Origin: Nitrospirales bacterium
GTDB taxonomy: Bacteria > Nitrospirota > Nitrospiria > Nitrospirales > UBA8639
Direction: 5' to 3'
Length of the DNA stretch: 64,000 bases
Assembly (NCBI GenBank): GCA_963555755.3
Contig: OY820905.2
Coordinates: 3,392,001 to 3,456,000, forward strand
The notes beneath the pieces are model-generated. The model did no database searches and had not been told where the DNA came from. It saw only the letters and a program-made list of their open reading frames with translations. Both the position numbers and the translations under genes were made by a program. Of the stretch, positions 50,652-61,660 are shown piece after piece. How positions within the stretch are numbered: position 1 is the stretch's first letter; each line of letters starts with the position of its first letter.

Positions 50652-52016
50652 CTATCTCTGCCTCACCAAAATTCGAATCGGTGTTCCTTCGAATCCAAAC
50701 GTGTCTCGCAATCGATTTTCCAGAAAACGAAGATAGAAGGTGGGAACCTCGACGGATTTCCCAACGAACAAGGCAAAGGTTGGGGGTTTGGTGGCAACTT
50801 GAGTCATGAATACGGACTTCAAGGGATTTCGTTTTTTGGTGGGGAGTGGATTGTCGTCGAGGGCTTTTTGTAGAAATTGATTGAGTTGGCCTGTTGGCAC
50901 TCGATGGGAGAAGGCTTCCATCACACTCTCAATCTTGGGAAACAGGTGCTCAATAGACGATCCCTGAAGTGCGGAACCGAAAATCGTGGGTACAAATTTA
51001 AAAAAGGGAAAGCGGCGATGCAGTTCTTGGTCGTATCGGGTTTGGGCCGTGGGATCATCTTTTCGCAGATCCCACTTATTGACAAATAGAATGCAGCCTC
51101 GGCCTTGTTTTAATATCAACCCCGCGATCTTGGTATCTTGCTCGGTGGCCCCCTCGATGCCGTCCAATAGAAGAATGGCAATGTCAGATCGTCCTAGGGC
51201 CTTGAGCGTTCTGGCCAGGCTATAGCCTTCGATTCCTCGTTCTATCTTGCCTCGACGCCGGATGCCTGCCGTATCCGTAAACACAAACGGGTGTCCTTGG
51301 TACTCGATGAGAGTATCCACGGGGTCGCGTGTGGTGCCGGGAATCTCGCTCACCACAACCCGGTTCTCTCCAAACAAGGTATTGACTAGCGTGGATTTTC
51401 CGACATTTGGTCGGCCTACGACGGCTACGCGCGGATATGGGGTGCGTTCCTGTTCTTCGTCAAATGGCAGCAAGGGTAAAAACGCTTCGAGTAAATCATC
51501 CACTCCAATGCCGTGCTCAGCGGTAATCGGAAATAACTTGTCTTTCCCCAACTGATAAAAGTCCGCGAGTAAGGTTTCGGCCTTGGGGGTGTCGATTTTA
51601 TTGATCGCATAAAACGTGGGTTTGTTCACATCTCGGAGGAGATGCGCGATCTCTTTGTCAAGTGGGTTGAGGCCTGCCCGTCCATCCATCAGCACCACAA
51701 GAATGTCGGCTTCTGCAATCGCCGCTTGGGATTGGATGCGAACGAGGTTCGCCATCCCTTCGGAAGAGGAGAGGTCCAGGCCTCCGGTGTCTACCAGTTG
51801 GAACCGACGTCCTTGGTATGTGCACTCGGCGGTGATTCGATCACGGGTGACACCTGGCATGTCATCGACGATCGCACTGCGTGTTCCGAGGACTCGGTTG
51901 AAGAAGGTTGATTTGCCAACATTCGGCCTTCCGATAATGGCGACAATGGGCACTTCCCCCTTGGAAAGTCCAGGCAGTGTGTTTCGTTGAACAGGTTTTG
52001 AACGTTTCTGACGCAT
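50652..52016 (-). CDS. der: Ribosome biogenesis GTPase Der (EngA)
   Basis: Two GRPNVGKS G-domains, DTGG/DTAG, NKID/NKWD, C-terminal FGFEGTPI. Confidence 0.98.
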   Translation of the reverse strand: MRQKRSKPVQRNTLPGLSKGEVPIVAIIGRPNVGKSTFFNRVLGTRSAIVDDMPGVTRDRITAECTYQGRRFQLVDTGGLDLSSSEGMANLVRIQSQAAIAEADILVVLMDGRAGLNPLDKEIAHLLRDVNKPTFYAINKIDTPKAETLLADFYQLGKDKLFPITAEHGIGVDDLLEAFLPLLPFDEEQERTPYPRVAVVGRPNVGKSTLVNTLFGENRVVVSEIPGTTRDPVDTLIEYQGHPFVFTDTAGIRRRGKIERGIEGYSLARTLKALGRSDIAILLLDGIEGATEQDTKIAGLILKQGRGCILFVNKWDLRKDDPTAQTRYDQELHRRFPFFKFVPTIFGSALQGSSIEHLFPKIESVMEAFSHRVPTGQLNQFLQKALDDNPLPTKKRNPLKSVFMTQVATKPPTFALFVGKSVEVPTFYLRFLENRLRDTFGFEGTPIRILVRQR

Positions 52017-52395
52017 CCGTGAAAATGGGTATCTAGAGGGTGTGGTGCTGTTAAAAATTATCCTAAAAACGTCAGTTCGTTCATTCCTGCTTTGACCCTT
52101 CGATGGGTTGAGGACTCAGGTGGAACAGGGTGGCGTAACCGTCACCTGCATGGTGAGGGTCCGTTCGCCCTGAGCGCCACGGCTCCCGCGCCAGTCGAAG
52201 AGTCCCGAGATTGCCAACTCCCATTTTTAGGATAATGAAGTTGAGAAACTAACATGGTGGACTCGATCAGAACAAGAAAGGTCCCATGACTTCTTTGTCA
52301 GCGATCTGTTGCCGAATAGAGAAAGGCCGAATGGGTCTACATTGACGGATCGAAATCAGCAATGACAGGAGAGGAAATCGAAGGGGAACGGGAAC

Positions 52396-52923
52396 TTAGA
52401 CGTGCAGGTGTTTGAGCGCGGCAGCACAGAGAATAATGAAGACGCCTATTCCTAGCGCAATACGTTGAAAGGGAATGGGTTCAGCGGTGTGCTCTTCCTT
52501 TTCTTCGGCCGTCTCTTCCCCGGTTGGTTCGATTCCAAAAATCACGGTGTAGAGATACAGCGTCATGATTCCAAGCACTAATGCCAACTTAATGAAAAAG
52601 ATGGTCAGATATTTGGGGTTGTGGGTAATCCCTTCACCGGTCTGCAGTATCATGAGCTCACTGACGTAATGAAGATTGATTCCTCCGGTGAAGAGGATCA
52701 CGAGAAGGAGGAGGCCCACGATCTTGCGGTATTGCTTGTAGAACGTGTCACAAATGGGTTTGATAAATTCTTTAGGGACGGAGGTTTTGAGCCCTGGCGT
52801 GACGGCCATAACCAGAAAGGCCAATCCACCAATCCACACAATGGCCGACAACAGGTGCACCCAGTGATTCAGAATGGGGAGAACCTTATTGAGATCGAGG
52901 AAAACTTCTTGGAGGACGCTCAT
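52396..52923 (-). CDS. Four-TM membrane protein (CopD/DUF4149-like)
   Basis: HWVHLLSAIVWIGG and four hydrophobic segments; translationally coupled to the radical SAM gene. Confidence 0.75.
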   Translation of the reverse strand: MSVLQEVFLDLNKVLPILNHWVHLLSAIVWIGGLAFLVMAVTPGLKTSVPKEFIKPICDTFYKQYRKIVGLLLLVILFTGGINLHYVSELMILQTGEGITHNPKYLTIFFIKLALVLGIMTLYLYTVIFGIEPTGEETAEEKEEHTAEPIPFQRIALGIGVFIILCAAALKHLHV

Positions 52924-54296
52924 TAGAATTTAAAGACGGGCTTTTCGTTTCCAAAACGTTTTTTCCGAAGTTCCTCCATCAATTCAATGGTGATGATGGG
53001 GATGTCCTGTTCGCGGGCGTGTCGTTCCACACCTTTTTTGACCATGGCCCTGAGAAAATAGGGAATACGGCTGAGTCGGGTTTCCGCGGCGTCATCCCAC
53101 TCCACGTCAGATTCCTCGTCGGTGTTAAACGCGACTTTGATTTTCTCGCCCCCTTTGGGCGTATAGAGGCACCATTCATCCGCATCCATCCAGTCGCCAT
53201 GATCGACATATGGTCGAGCACGGCAGCCGCCACAGATCTCGCTGTATTCACAATCTCCACATTTACCCTTCAAGTGAGGGTATCGGAAGGAGTTAAATAT
53301 TTCCGAGTTTTCCCACAAATCCACGAAACTGGTATCTCGAATATTTCCTGCTGAGAGCGGCATATAGGGGCAGGGGGTCATTTCGCCATTCGGCGTAATT
53401 CGAGCGTAGTTCGTCCCTGCCAAACATCCTCCCCCCATGTATCCTTGAGCCTTGGTGATCGGGGAGTTGGGATCTCTTTCATAGGCCAGCCGTTTGAAAT
53501 GTGGGGCGCAACGGGCGCGTACCAGCATGTCCTGGTATTTGTCCTGGGAGTCCAGCAGGTAACTCAAGACGTCTTCATATTGCTCCGGTGTGATGTCCGT
53601 GAGTTCTTCGCCACGACCCGTACAGACCATGAAAAAGACGTTCAGAACCCGTGCACCGAGTTTATGTGCCCAGTCGATGACATCGGGCAACTCCTTATAA
53701 TTCATGGGTTGCGCGCTGAAGTGCACTTGGAATTGGAGGCCATTTCGCTTGCACGCTTCGATGCCCGCGACGGCTCCTTCCCACGCCCCGGAAACGCCAC
53801 GGAAGGTGTCGTGTTTTTGCGGGTCAAGGGAATCAATGCTAATACCCATTCCCATGACGCCGATTTCAACGAGTTCTTTGGCCAGACGATCATTGATCAG
53901 CATGCCATTGGTGCCAAACACCACCATGAATCCTAAGGCAACCGCATGACGGGCAATATCGAGGATGTCTGGTCGAACGAGTGGCTCACCACCTGTGATC
54001 ACCAGCAAGCACCCCTTATTGACATCGGCAATTTGATCAATCAACCGATAGCATTCTTCAGTGGAGAGTTCATCTGACCCGCCGCCAGCTTTGGTTGTGG
54101 CATCGAGGTAGCAGTGATCGCATTTCAGGTTGCAGCGTTTAGTGAGGTTTAACGCAACGAGATAGGGCTTGAAGTCATCGACGGTTCGCCCATCGTTGGG
54201 AGCTGCTGGGGTTGAATAGGATGAAACCTGGCTTTTAAAAAAGCCAAACTTTTCCCCAAGCTGATCGAAGTTGAAAACAGGAAGTGATTTACCCAT
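52923..54296 (-). CDS. Radical SAM/SPASM protein (Ahb/NirJ-like) with C-terminal PCP_red-like domain
   Basis: CNLKCDHC, TGGEPL, GCLAG...PCPY...KCGDC.Y..CGGCRA; C-terminal W...AETRLSRIPYFLR. Confidence 0.88.
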   Translation of the reverse strand: MGKSLPVFNFDQLGEKFGFFKSQVSSYSTPAAPNDGRTVDDFKPYLVALNLTKRCNLKCDHCYLDATTKAGGGSDELSTEECYRLIDQIADVNKGCLLVITGGEPLVRPDILDIARHAVALGFMVVFGTNGMLINDRLAKELVEIGVMGMGISIDSLDPQKHDTFRGVSGAWEGAVAGIEACKRNGLQFQVHFSAQPMNYKELPDVIDWAHKLGARVLNVFFMVCTGRGEELTDITPEQYEDVLSYLLDSQDKYQDMLVRARCAPHFKRLAYERDPNSPITKAQGYMGGGCLAGTNYARITPNGEMTPCPYMPLSAGNIRDTSFVDLWENSEIFNSFRYPHLKGKCGDCEYSEICGGCRARPYVDHGDWMDADEWCLYTPKGGEKIKVAFNTDEESDVEWDDAAETRLSRIPYFLRAMVKKGVERHAREQDIPIITIELMEELRKKRFGNEKPVFKF

Positions 54297-54310
54297 GAGT
54301 AGCTGGCTCC

Positions 54311-56368
54311 CTACTGGGCGCCGGCGCCAGTGAGCTTAGCAATGACATCCTTGACGTTTCCGGATTTCATTGCTTCTTCCATTGTATTTTTGGCCTGCTC
54401 GATACCTTCGTTGGCGACCTCAAGAGTAATCATCGTGGTGCCAATTTTTTCAGCATGCTTGATGATTAAGGCTTTCGTGCAATCTCGCATAAACCCTGCT
54501 GGCGCACGTTCCATGCGTTTGAGGGCTTCCGGATCCCACGTATAGGGGGAGGACTCTTCCATGGGGGTTGTTTCTCCATTCGTACTTGCAGCAGCCTGAG
54601 GCTCTTCCTCCTTATTCGCAAAGATTGGGGTGTAGTCTTCCTCTGCAGCCTCTTTAATTATCGGCTCCGCATATAGGAGTGTAATGGTTGTCATACCGAG
54701 CTTGCGTGCTGTTTTTTCAATTTTGGCTTTAGTCCGTCGGCGTTGGAATCCTGCCGGGACGGCTCGAATGCCTTCCTTGGCATCTTTGGTCCATTGCATG
54801 GGGACGTCATCGTAGGCCATTTGAGTTTCCAGGCCCCCTTCGGCTTTGGCAGCCGCCTCAAAAATACTTTTATCGACTGCCTTGAAATCTTTACCATCCC
54901 CGCCACACACCGGGCATTTCACTGGTTCGTCGCCTTTGCCAATATACCCGCATCCATTACAGACATAGTATTGTCTTGACATACGGTCGAGATAGGCTTG
55001 ATTGCTGGGGCTAATGGCTGGGGAGACTTTGCTTGGTTTTTCCTCGACGACTTGGTTAACCATCCCACTTAACGTGGATCCCATAATATCAGTAGCCACG
55101 GCATCATCGGCCTGCATCTTGTTCCGGTCGATCCCGGCTTCGTCCAGTTGTCCACCCAAGGCTCTCATGGCATCCATGGCACCTTTGGGCAGGATATCTC
55201 CAACTGCCTCATCAACCACGGAATTACTGATGATCGTGTGTCCCTTTTCGATAGCATACCGATGTATTGCTGTCTTCGCGACGCCTCGGGCAAAGACGGG
55301 AATTTTTTCCATTCGGAATAATGCTTCTTCCGTCCAGGCCATTGTATATTCTGCTTGCGTGTCAATCGGCGGAACAAATGTCTGGTTGGAAATGAGGATA
55401 TTACAAGCCGCTGCTCTGAGAAGGTTTTCCGTATTGCTGCCAATGTCCATGTCATCATCGCTGTGCACGCCGATTCTTCCAACAATCAAAAGCCATGGCT
55501 GTTCCTTACGAACGTACTGCAGCAACTTTTCGAACGCTTTTCCGTCTAATAGCGTCGTTTTAATATCTGTGCCGTCTTCTTGGGCAATCTCGCGGGAAAT
55601 ATCCAGGTGAGACTGGTAAATCTTGGCTAATCCACTATCGATGACTTCTTCGTGAAGTTTCTCTTGTTCTTTAAACCGAAACACTTTTCCGGCTTCTTCG
55701 TTTAAGACGCCAGAAATGCTGTAAAAAGCTGCGTAATGGAAGTAGGGATCAAAAGCGGAAATTGCCTCAACCGGTTTATTGAGGGCCTTCCCAAGAGCCA
55801 GCCCGGTTTTGAGTCCTCCAAAGGAATGGGCGCTTCCATCAACGGCTACGACGATCTTGCCACCATTCATGGGCTTCAAATCTTTGATAATGAACATGTC
55901 GCAATTCCGAACTCGTCTGAGGACCCGTTCCGTGTTACTCCCAATGACAGAATCTTTGACGGCCCCAACTCCAAGCCCACCCATGATCGTGAGGTCATAT
56001 CCATTTGTATTGATGTCTTCGGCGAGAACTTTCCAGTTTCGTCCTTCCAAGGAGCGGCGTTCCAATGGAAGGTTGGCTTCCGAACACTTTTTGTCGACAT
56101 AGTCAAGGTAAGAATCGGTAATGATTTGAAGGCCCCGAGTGATTAACGAGTCATGGATTTGCCGTTGTCGATCCAGTTCTTTTTCATCATGATATTCTTC
56201 AGGAAGACCGGCTTCCATTTGCTTGAATCGTTTGTCATGCATTTTGGCGGCATACACATGACTTCCAACTATTTTAGAACCGAATTCTTTTGCCAGACTC
56301 ACACCCAAATCGACGGCCATATTGGAATGGTCCGAATTGTCGACCGGAATGTAGATGGTTTTATACAT
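54311..56368 (-). CDS. Multidomain universal stress protein (2x USP, rubredoxin-like site, 3x PCP_red-like)
   Basis: YKTIYIPVDNS, IGSNTERV, IVVAVDGS, IGSNTENL, CNGCG..CPVC, three W...A..R...P domains. Confidence 0.85.
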   Translation of the reverse strand: MYKTIYIPVDNSDHSNMAVDLGVSLAKEFGSKIVGSHVYAAKMHDKRFKQMEAGLPEEYHDEKELDRQRQIHDSLITRGLQIITDSYLDYVDKKCSEANLPLERRSLEGRNWKVLAEDINTNGYDLTIMGGLGVGAVKDSVIGSNTERVLRRVRNCDMFIIKDLKPMNGGKIVVAVDGSAHSFGGLKTGLALGKALNKPVEAISAFDPYFHYAAFYSISGVLNEEAGKVFRFKEQEKLHEEVIDSGLAKIYQSHLDISREIAQEDGTDIKTTLLDGKAFEKLLQYVRKEQPWLLIVGRIGVHSDDDMDIGSNTENLLRAAACNILISNQTFVPPIDTQAEYTMAWTEEALFRMEKIPVFARGVAKTAIHRYAIEKGHTIISNSVVDEAVGDILPKGAMDAMRALGGQLDEAGIDRNKMQADDAVATDIMGSTLSGMVNQVVEEKPSKVSPAISPSNQAYLDRMSRQYYVCNGCGYIGKGDEPVKCPVCGGDGKDFKAVDKSIFEAAAKAEGGLETQMAYDDVPMQWTKDAKEGIRAVPAGFQRRRTKAKIEKTARKLGMTTITLLYAEPIIKEAAEEDYTPIFANKEEEPQAAASTNGETTPMEESSPYTWDPEALKRMERAPAGFMRDCTKALIIKHAEKIGTTMITLEVANEGIEQAKNTMEEAMKSGNVKDVIAKLTGAGAQ

Positions 56369-56540
56369 CAAACGCCTCCCTGCGGAACATGACGTTCACA
56401 AGTCATATTTTTTAAATGGTCTGTCGTGTATTTGTCTTCCTACCTAGGCAGACCACCGGAGATCGCACCTCGAGCGGCAGGAATAAACGCGGATACTAGC
56501 ACCTGCTCTTCTCCTAATGCAACAGGAGGGCCTTGATCCT

Positions 56541-58444
56541 CAGGGCCATTTCATTCTTTTTATAAGCAAGGGATTCCATGAGGTTTTTTGTGCCCTCTTT
56601 TTCAGGGCAGGGCCATGCGGATGGCTAAATGGGGCTTGCCCCAGAGCAGTCTACACGCCTGCGCGATATTGGTGTAGCCTTTCAGGCGTAAGAGACTGAT
56701 GGCATAGCGTCTCAGACAGGTCATGACCATTGGGCCATTGAGACTTCGTATCTGACTCCTGTCTTCATCAAAGGTGACGTCCAACACATAATGCTGCTTA
56801 TTCTCCACACTCCAATGCTTTCGGTTTTGCGAGAGGATGGTCTTCGGCCCCGCCTTGTCTTTGGACTGACTCGTGACACCGCAGACCGCTTCGACGGTCG
56901 TGAGGCCCTGCTTGAGATGCGTCACTTCCCTCTCAATGCAGAAGACTTGCTGGACATGAGGAAAGTTGACATAGGCATTCAGGGAGTCATCGCACCAGAT
57001 CCTGCGGGTCGTGATCTGCCCATGGCCTTTCTCGGTGGTGGCATAATCGCACCGGCGTGCTCGCAACGCTAAGGCCTCAATGTCGTGCTTCAAGGTGGGC
57101 TGGTTTCCCTTGACGGTGAAGACGAAGTCGGCGCCGCGTTCGTGCACCAGGTACTCGGCAATCTCTTTCTGGGTGAGGAGCGCATCCGCCGTGATCACCT
57201 TCCCTGCGATCTCGAGCGCATCTAACAGGGGCCGCACGCAGGGGATCTCATTGGTCTTGGAGTGAACTTTTTTTGGGTGAGGTGGCGCCCGGCTTGATGG
57301 GTGACGGCGCTGAGGACGTGGGTCTGTTCGCTTGGGACCTTCGACGTCCCCCGCATGGTCTTCCCATCAATGGCAATGCCCTGATCCTCCCCGCCGAAGG
57401 TGTCCAGCCACCGGCCGAGCAGGGTATCGACTTCACAGGGGTCGACGGCCGTGATAAAGCGGTAAAGAGTGCTGCGGCTCGGGACGAGGTAGCGCCCCCC
57501 TCGCTGAGTACAGCCTAGCCGCTTGCGCATCGGCTGCGATAACTGCTGGGCCCAGTCCGAGATCGCTTCATAGCCGCGCGCGCCGCACAAGGTGGCACAG
57601 AACATGATCGCCGTGAGGGCGCGTCGGGTGTGCCGTTGCCCTTGCAAATGGCGGGGATCGGTCAGCTGCACCACATACGTAAAGAGGGAGTCCGTCTGTT
57701 TTGTATTCAATCTCATCTGAGGCGCTTCTCCTTTCTGATAGGGCTGATCAAGCATCGGGCGTGCAAGGATCTCTCGGGCTTGGGGATGCAGCCGCACGAC
57801 TAGGATGCGCTTCGGTCTCTCATGCTGAACATAACACGTGTTCGACTTGCGAAACCCTCGTGTCAGACCGAGCTCGTGCCACCCGGCGGCCCGATAGCAG
57901 GTCCCGGTGAAGCGGGCAGGATCGACGAAGGTCTCTAAGAGGAGCAAGGGGTAGCCGTGGTACAGTTGCCAATCGGACGAGATCCGTTTCGCGCAGAGCG
58001 ACAGGACTTTCGAGGCGAGGTTCTTTTGCGAACAGCCCGGCAGCATGAGAAACCGGGTGTTGTTGGCCAGTAAATGGAGTCGTTGCCATTGAAAACAGGG
58101 GGGCCAGCCGATCCAGTGGTCTCGCGGTCTCGATTTGAGGGCCGCCGCCGCAAACACCAGCAAGGCCAGCCAGCGATCCTGCACACAGGCGAGATATTGT
58201 ATCGATTGGCCAATCAGCGGGGCATGACCGAGGTAGTGGTGTCTGTCGAGAAGGGTCTTGAAGGCGTCCTTTTCGTCTCGGACAATTGGGCGAACCACGA
58301 CTTGCCTCAGATCAATGTCCGGCTGTCCGCTTGGCGATTCGTCTGGCATGCAAAAGAGTATGCCGTAAACGAAAAGAAAAAGCCAGCCTAAATCGATTAT
58401 TCCTTATTATCTATAAAGTTACACTTTAATATGAAATAGCCCTG
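56541..58444 (-). mobile_element. Complete ISAs1-family insertion sequence
   Basis: TIRs CAGGGCCATTTCAT / ATGAAATAGCCCTG (13/14); 9-bp TSD CTTGATCCT at 56532-56540 and 58445-58453; higher GC. Confidence 0.93.
56602..58349 (-). CDS. DUF4338-fused ISAs1 transposase, split by a -1 frameshift at 57267-57273
   Basis: ORF1: HHYLG, NNTRFL, ETFVDP..FTGTCYRAAGW (DUF4338), DPR, IAIDGKT; -1 frame: KTNEIP, ITADAL, VKGNQP, HWSVEN, LDVTFDED. Confidence 0.9.
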
Positions 58445-58995
58445 CTTGATCCTAAAGATGTTGAGGACAAAGGAAATAACCCGAAAGGAGGATTGAATTC
58501 TAAGATTACTGCGGGAGCTTTCGCTACTCGATTCCTTTGGAAAATTTAGGGTGCCCCACTTTTCTTGATATGACCAGGCCAATGGTGGAATTAGGTGTGG
58601 TTTTTGCTGGATCGGAATCCCGGCATGGCTGAAAACGGAGGGAGCAATGATCGATGACTCGATGCGATACAGTTGCCGTTGAAAACTTGATGGTTTAAAT
58701 CTAGAAAACCGAAAAAGGATATGTATCAAAAAAACGAGTGCTTTGGAAGTAACATGTTGTTTTTATTGTGAAAGTTAGTGGTAAGGCTTAGGGAGGCCAT
58801 CACCAATCTGAATTTTTTGTTTGACAAAGGCTCCTTAATTCCTATTTATTTATGGGCGCCAGGTGGGTTATCCTCCCCAATAATTAGCGTTTGAATAGAA
58901 AATCTTTCTCACATCTTTCACCATTCTTAGGATTCTCCTCTAAATACTTACAGAGGGGGTGAATTTATTTTGCTTATTTATGAAGGGAAGGGCTT

Positions 58996-60147
58996 ATGAG
59001 CCAACAGAACTTTCTATTTACTTCTGAGTCGGTCACCGAAGGGCACCCCGACAAAATTGCCGACCAAATTTCCGATGCCATCTTAGATGCCATTATGGCC
59101 AAAGATAAAAATTGTCGTGTGGCGTGTGAAACATTAGTGACCACAGGATTGGCATTTGTAGCTGGTGAAATCTCCACCAAAGCCTACGTGGAAATACCTG
59201 ATATCATTCGGGAGACTATTCGGGATGTGGGGTATACCGATCCCACCTGGGGGTATGATTACCACACCTGTTCTGTCATGACCGCGATTGATTCCCAATC
59301 CGGGGATATTGCCATGGGAGTGGATACCGGTGGTGCTGGGGATCAAGGGTTGATGTTTGGCTATGCCTCCAATGAGACAGCCGAATTAATGCCCATGCCG
59401 ATCGTTTTGGCGCACCGGTTGACGAAACGATTGGCCGAAGTGAGGAAAAAGAACATTTTGCCCTGGGTGCGCCCAGATGGAAAAGCCCAGGTTACGGTTG
59501 AATACAAAAATGGCAAACCCGCCCGGATCGACACGATTGTGGTTTCGACTCAACATAGTGACAAGGTCACGTCGAAAAAAATCGAACAGGAAATCAGGGA
59601 AAAAGTTATTCAGCCTGTGATGCCTAAGAGCATCTTTGATCCCAAAAATGTCAAGTTTCATATCAATCCCACGGGGCGGTTTGTCATAGGGGGGCCCATG
59701 GGCGATACGGGACTGACCGGTCGAAAAATTATTGTGGATACCTACGGTGGTGTGGGAAGCCACGGTGGTGGAGCCTTTTCGGGAAAAGATCCGAGTAAGG
59801 TCGACCGATCAGCTTCCTATCTGGCTCGATACATTGCCAAAAACATTGTTGCGGCCCAACTCGCGGATAAATGTGAAGTCCAATTGGCCTATGCCATTGG
59901 GGTTCCAGAGCCCGTTTCGGTTTTGGTTAATGCCAAAGGAACCGAGAAAGTGGCCATTGAGCTTATCGATAAATTGGTCAGAAAACATTTTCCCATGACT
60001 CCACGAGGGATTATTGATCATTTAAAGCTTCGCCGTCCCATTTACAAAGAGACGGCCGCCTATGGGCATTTCGGGCGAAGCGGCCCAGGATTCACATGGG
60101 AAAAAACTGATAAGGCAGCAATCTTGAAACGCGAAGCTGGCAAATAG
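58996..60147 (+). CDS. metK: S-adenosylmethionine synthetase
   Basis: [34 protein letters not shown]. Confidence 0.98.
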   Translation: MSQQNFLFTSESVTEGHPDKIADQISDAILDAIMAKDKNCRVACETLVTTGLAFVAGEISTKAYVEIPDIIRETIRDVGYTDPTWGYDYHTCSVMTAIDSQSGDIAMGVDTGGAGDQGLMFGYASNETAELMPMPIVLAHRLTKRLAEVRKKNILPWVRPDGKAQVTVEYKNGKPARIDTIVVSTQHSDKVTSKKIEQEIREKVIQPVMPKSIFDPKNVKFHINPTGRFVIGGPMGDTGLTGRKIIVDTYGGVGSHGGGAFSGKDPSKVDRSASYLARYIAKNIVAAQLADKCEVQLAYAIGVPEPVSVLVNAKGTEKVAIELIDKLVRKHFPMTPRGIIDHLKLRRPIYKETAAYGHFGRSGPGFTWEKTDKAAILKREAGK

Positions 60148-60202
60148 TCGCAAACGCAGGCGGCGTATTTACCTGTTTCCAAAAAGAAGAAGAGGAAAAT
60201 TT

Positions 60203-61573
60203 ATGAATACTGAATCCACCGTTAGGGATTGTAAAGTCGCGGATATTAGCCTTGCCGACTGGGGACGCAAAGAAATTCAGATTGCCGAAACAGAAATGCC
60301 TGCCTTGATGGCCTTGCGGGACAAGCATCGGAATGCACAGCCACTCAAAGGCGCGAAAATCCTTGGCTGTATTCATATGACCATCCAGACGGCCGTGTTG
60401 ATTGAAACATTGATCGAATTGGGTGCCGAGGTTCGATGGTCCTCCTGCAACATTTTCTCTACCCAGGATCATGCCGCCGCCGCCATTGCCGTGCGGGGTA
60501 TTCCGGTGTACGCCTGGAAGGGTGAAACGCTTGAAGAATATGAGTGGTGCCTTGAACAAACGATCTTAAAAGATGGCCAGTCTTGGGAAGCCAATATGGT
60601 GCTGGATGATGGTGGGGATTTAACCCTCATGCTCCATGAGAAGTACCCAGCGATGCTGAGCAAAATTCATGGCGTCACCGAAGAGACCACCACCGGTGTC
60701 CATCGCCTTCAAGAGATGCTTGAGAAGGGGACCTTGAAAGTTCCAGCCATCAATGTGAATGACTCGGTGACGAAGTCCAAAAATGATAATAAATACGGAT
60801 GCCGGCACAGTTTGAACGACGCCATTAAGCGTGGGACCGACCATTTGTTAGCTGGGAAGAAAGCCCTCGTAATTGGGTATGGTGATGTCGGGAAGGGGTC
60901 GGCCCAATCGTTGCGACAAGAAGGCATGATTGTGAAAATCTCGGAAATCGACCCGATCTGTGCGATGCAGGCCTGTATGGATGGGTTTGAAATCGTCTCG
61001 CCCTACAATGAAGGGAACAATACCGGCAAAGTCGAAGATATTAATCTTGGCCTCTTGAGCAAAACGGATTTGCTGGTCACGTCGACCGGAAACTTTAATG
61101 TCTGTGATGCAGCCATGCTGCAATCCCTAAAAAATGGGGCGGTAGTGTGCAATATCGGGCACTTCGATAATGAAATCGATACGGCCTACATGCGTGAACA
61201 TTGGGAGTGGGAGGAAGTCAAACCTCAAGTGCATAAGATTTTTCGCAATCGAGGGCAGAATGATCATTTGATCCTCTTGTCAGAAGGCCGATTGGTGAAT
61301 CTTGGAAATGCCACCGGCCACCCTTCCCGTATTATGGATGGATCATTTTCCAATCAAGTCCTTGCTCAGATTTGTCTCTACGAGCGAAAGTTTGCCGATA
61401 ATCCAGGAACTGAGCTCACGCTTGAGGTGTTGCCGAAGAAGCTTGATGAAGAAGTGGCGGCCCATATGGTTCGCGGTTTTGGGGGAGTCATAACCAAACT
61501 CACCAAGACTCAGGCCGATTATATCAATGTGTCGGTGAATGGTCCGTTTAAAGTTGATAGCTACAGGTACTGA
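60203..61573 (+). CDS. ahcY: Adenosylhomocysteinase
   Basis: [41 protein letters not shown]. Confidence 0.98.
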   Translation: MNTESTVRDCKVADISLADWGRKEIQIAETEMPALMALRDKHRNAQPLKGAKILGCIHMTIQTAVLIETLIELGAEVRWSSCNIFSTQDHAAAAIAVRGIPVYAWKGETLEEYEWCLEQTILKDGQSWEANMVLDDGGDLTLMLHEKYPAMLSKIHGVTEETTTGVHRLQEMLEKGTLKVPAINVNDSVTKSKNDNKYGCRHSLNDAIKRGTDHLLAGKKALVIGYGDVGKGSAQSLRQEGMIVKISEIDPICAMQACMDGFEIVSPYNEGNNTGKVEDINLGLLSKTDLLVTSTGNFNVCDAAMLQSLKNGAVVCNIGHFDNEIDTAYMREHWEWEEVKPQVHKIFRNRGQNDHLILLSEGRLVNLGNATGHPSRIMDGSFSNQVLAQICLYERKFADNPGTELTLEVLPKKLDEEVAAHMVRGFGGVITKLTKTQADYINVSVNGPFKVDSYRY

Positions 61574-61589
61574 TTTCTTCAGATTTTAG

Positions 61590-61625
61590 AGCGGGGTCTT
61601 CCATTAACAATTGGAAGGCCCCGCT
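61590..61625. terminator. Stem-loop after ahcY
   Basis: AGCGGGGTCTTCCA / TGGAAGGCCCCGCT; weak U tract. Confidence 0.55.
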
Positions 61626-61660
61626 ATTATCCCTCCCTGCAAACCCAACCTCACGTTTTC

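Noticed and set aside
57720..58349. Druantia anti-phage system
   Set aside because: The DUF4338 domain lies inside IS termini, fused to a transposase, and no druB-E genes are present
58750..60202. SAM/SAH riboswitches before metK or ahcY
   Set aside because: No consensus elements seen; the metK-ahcY spacer is only 55 bp
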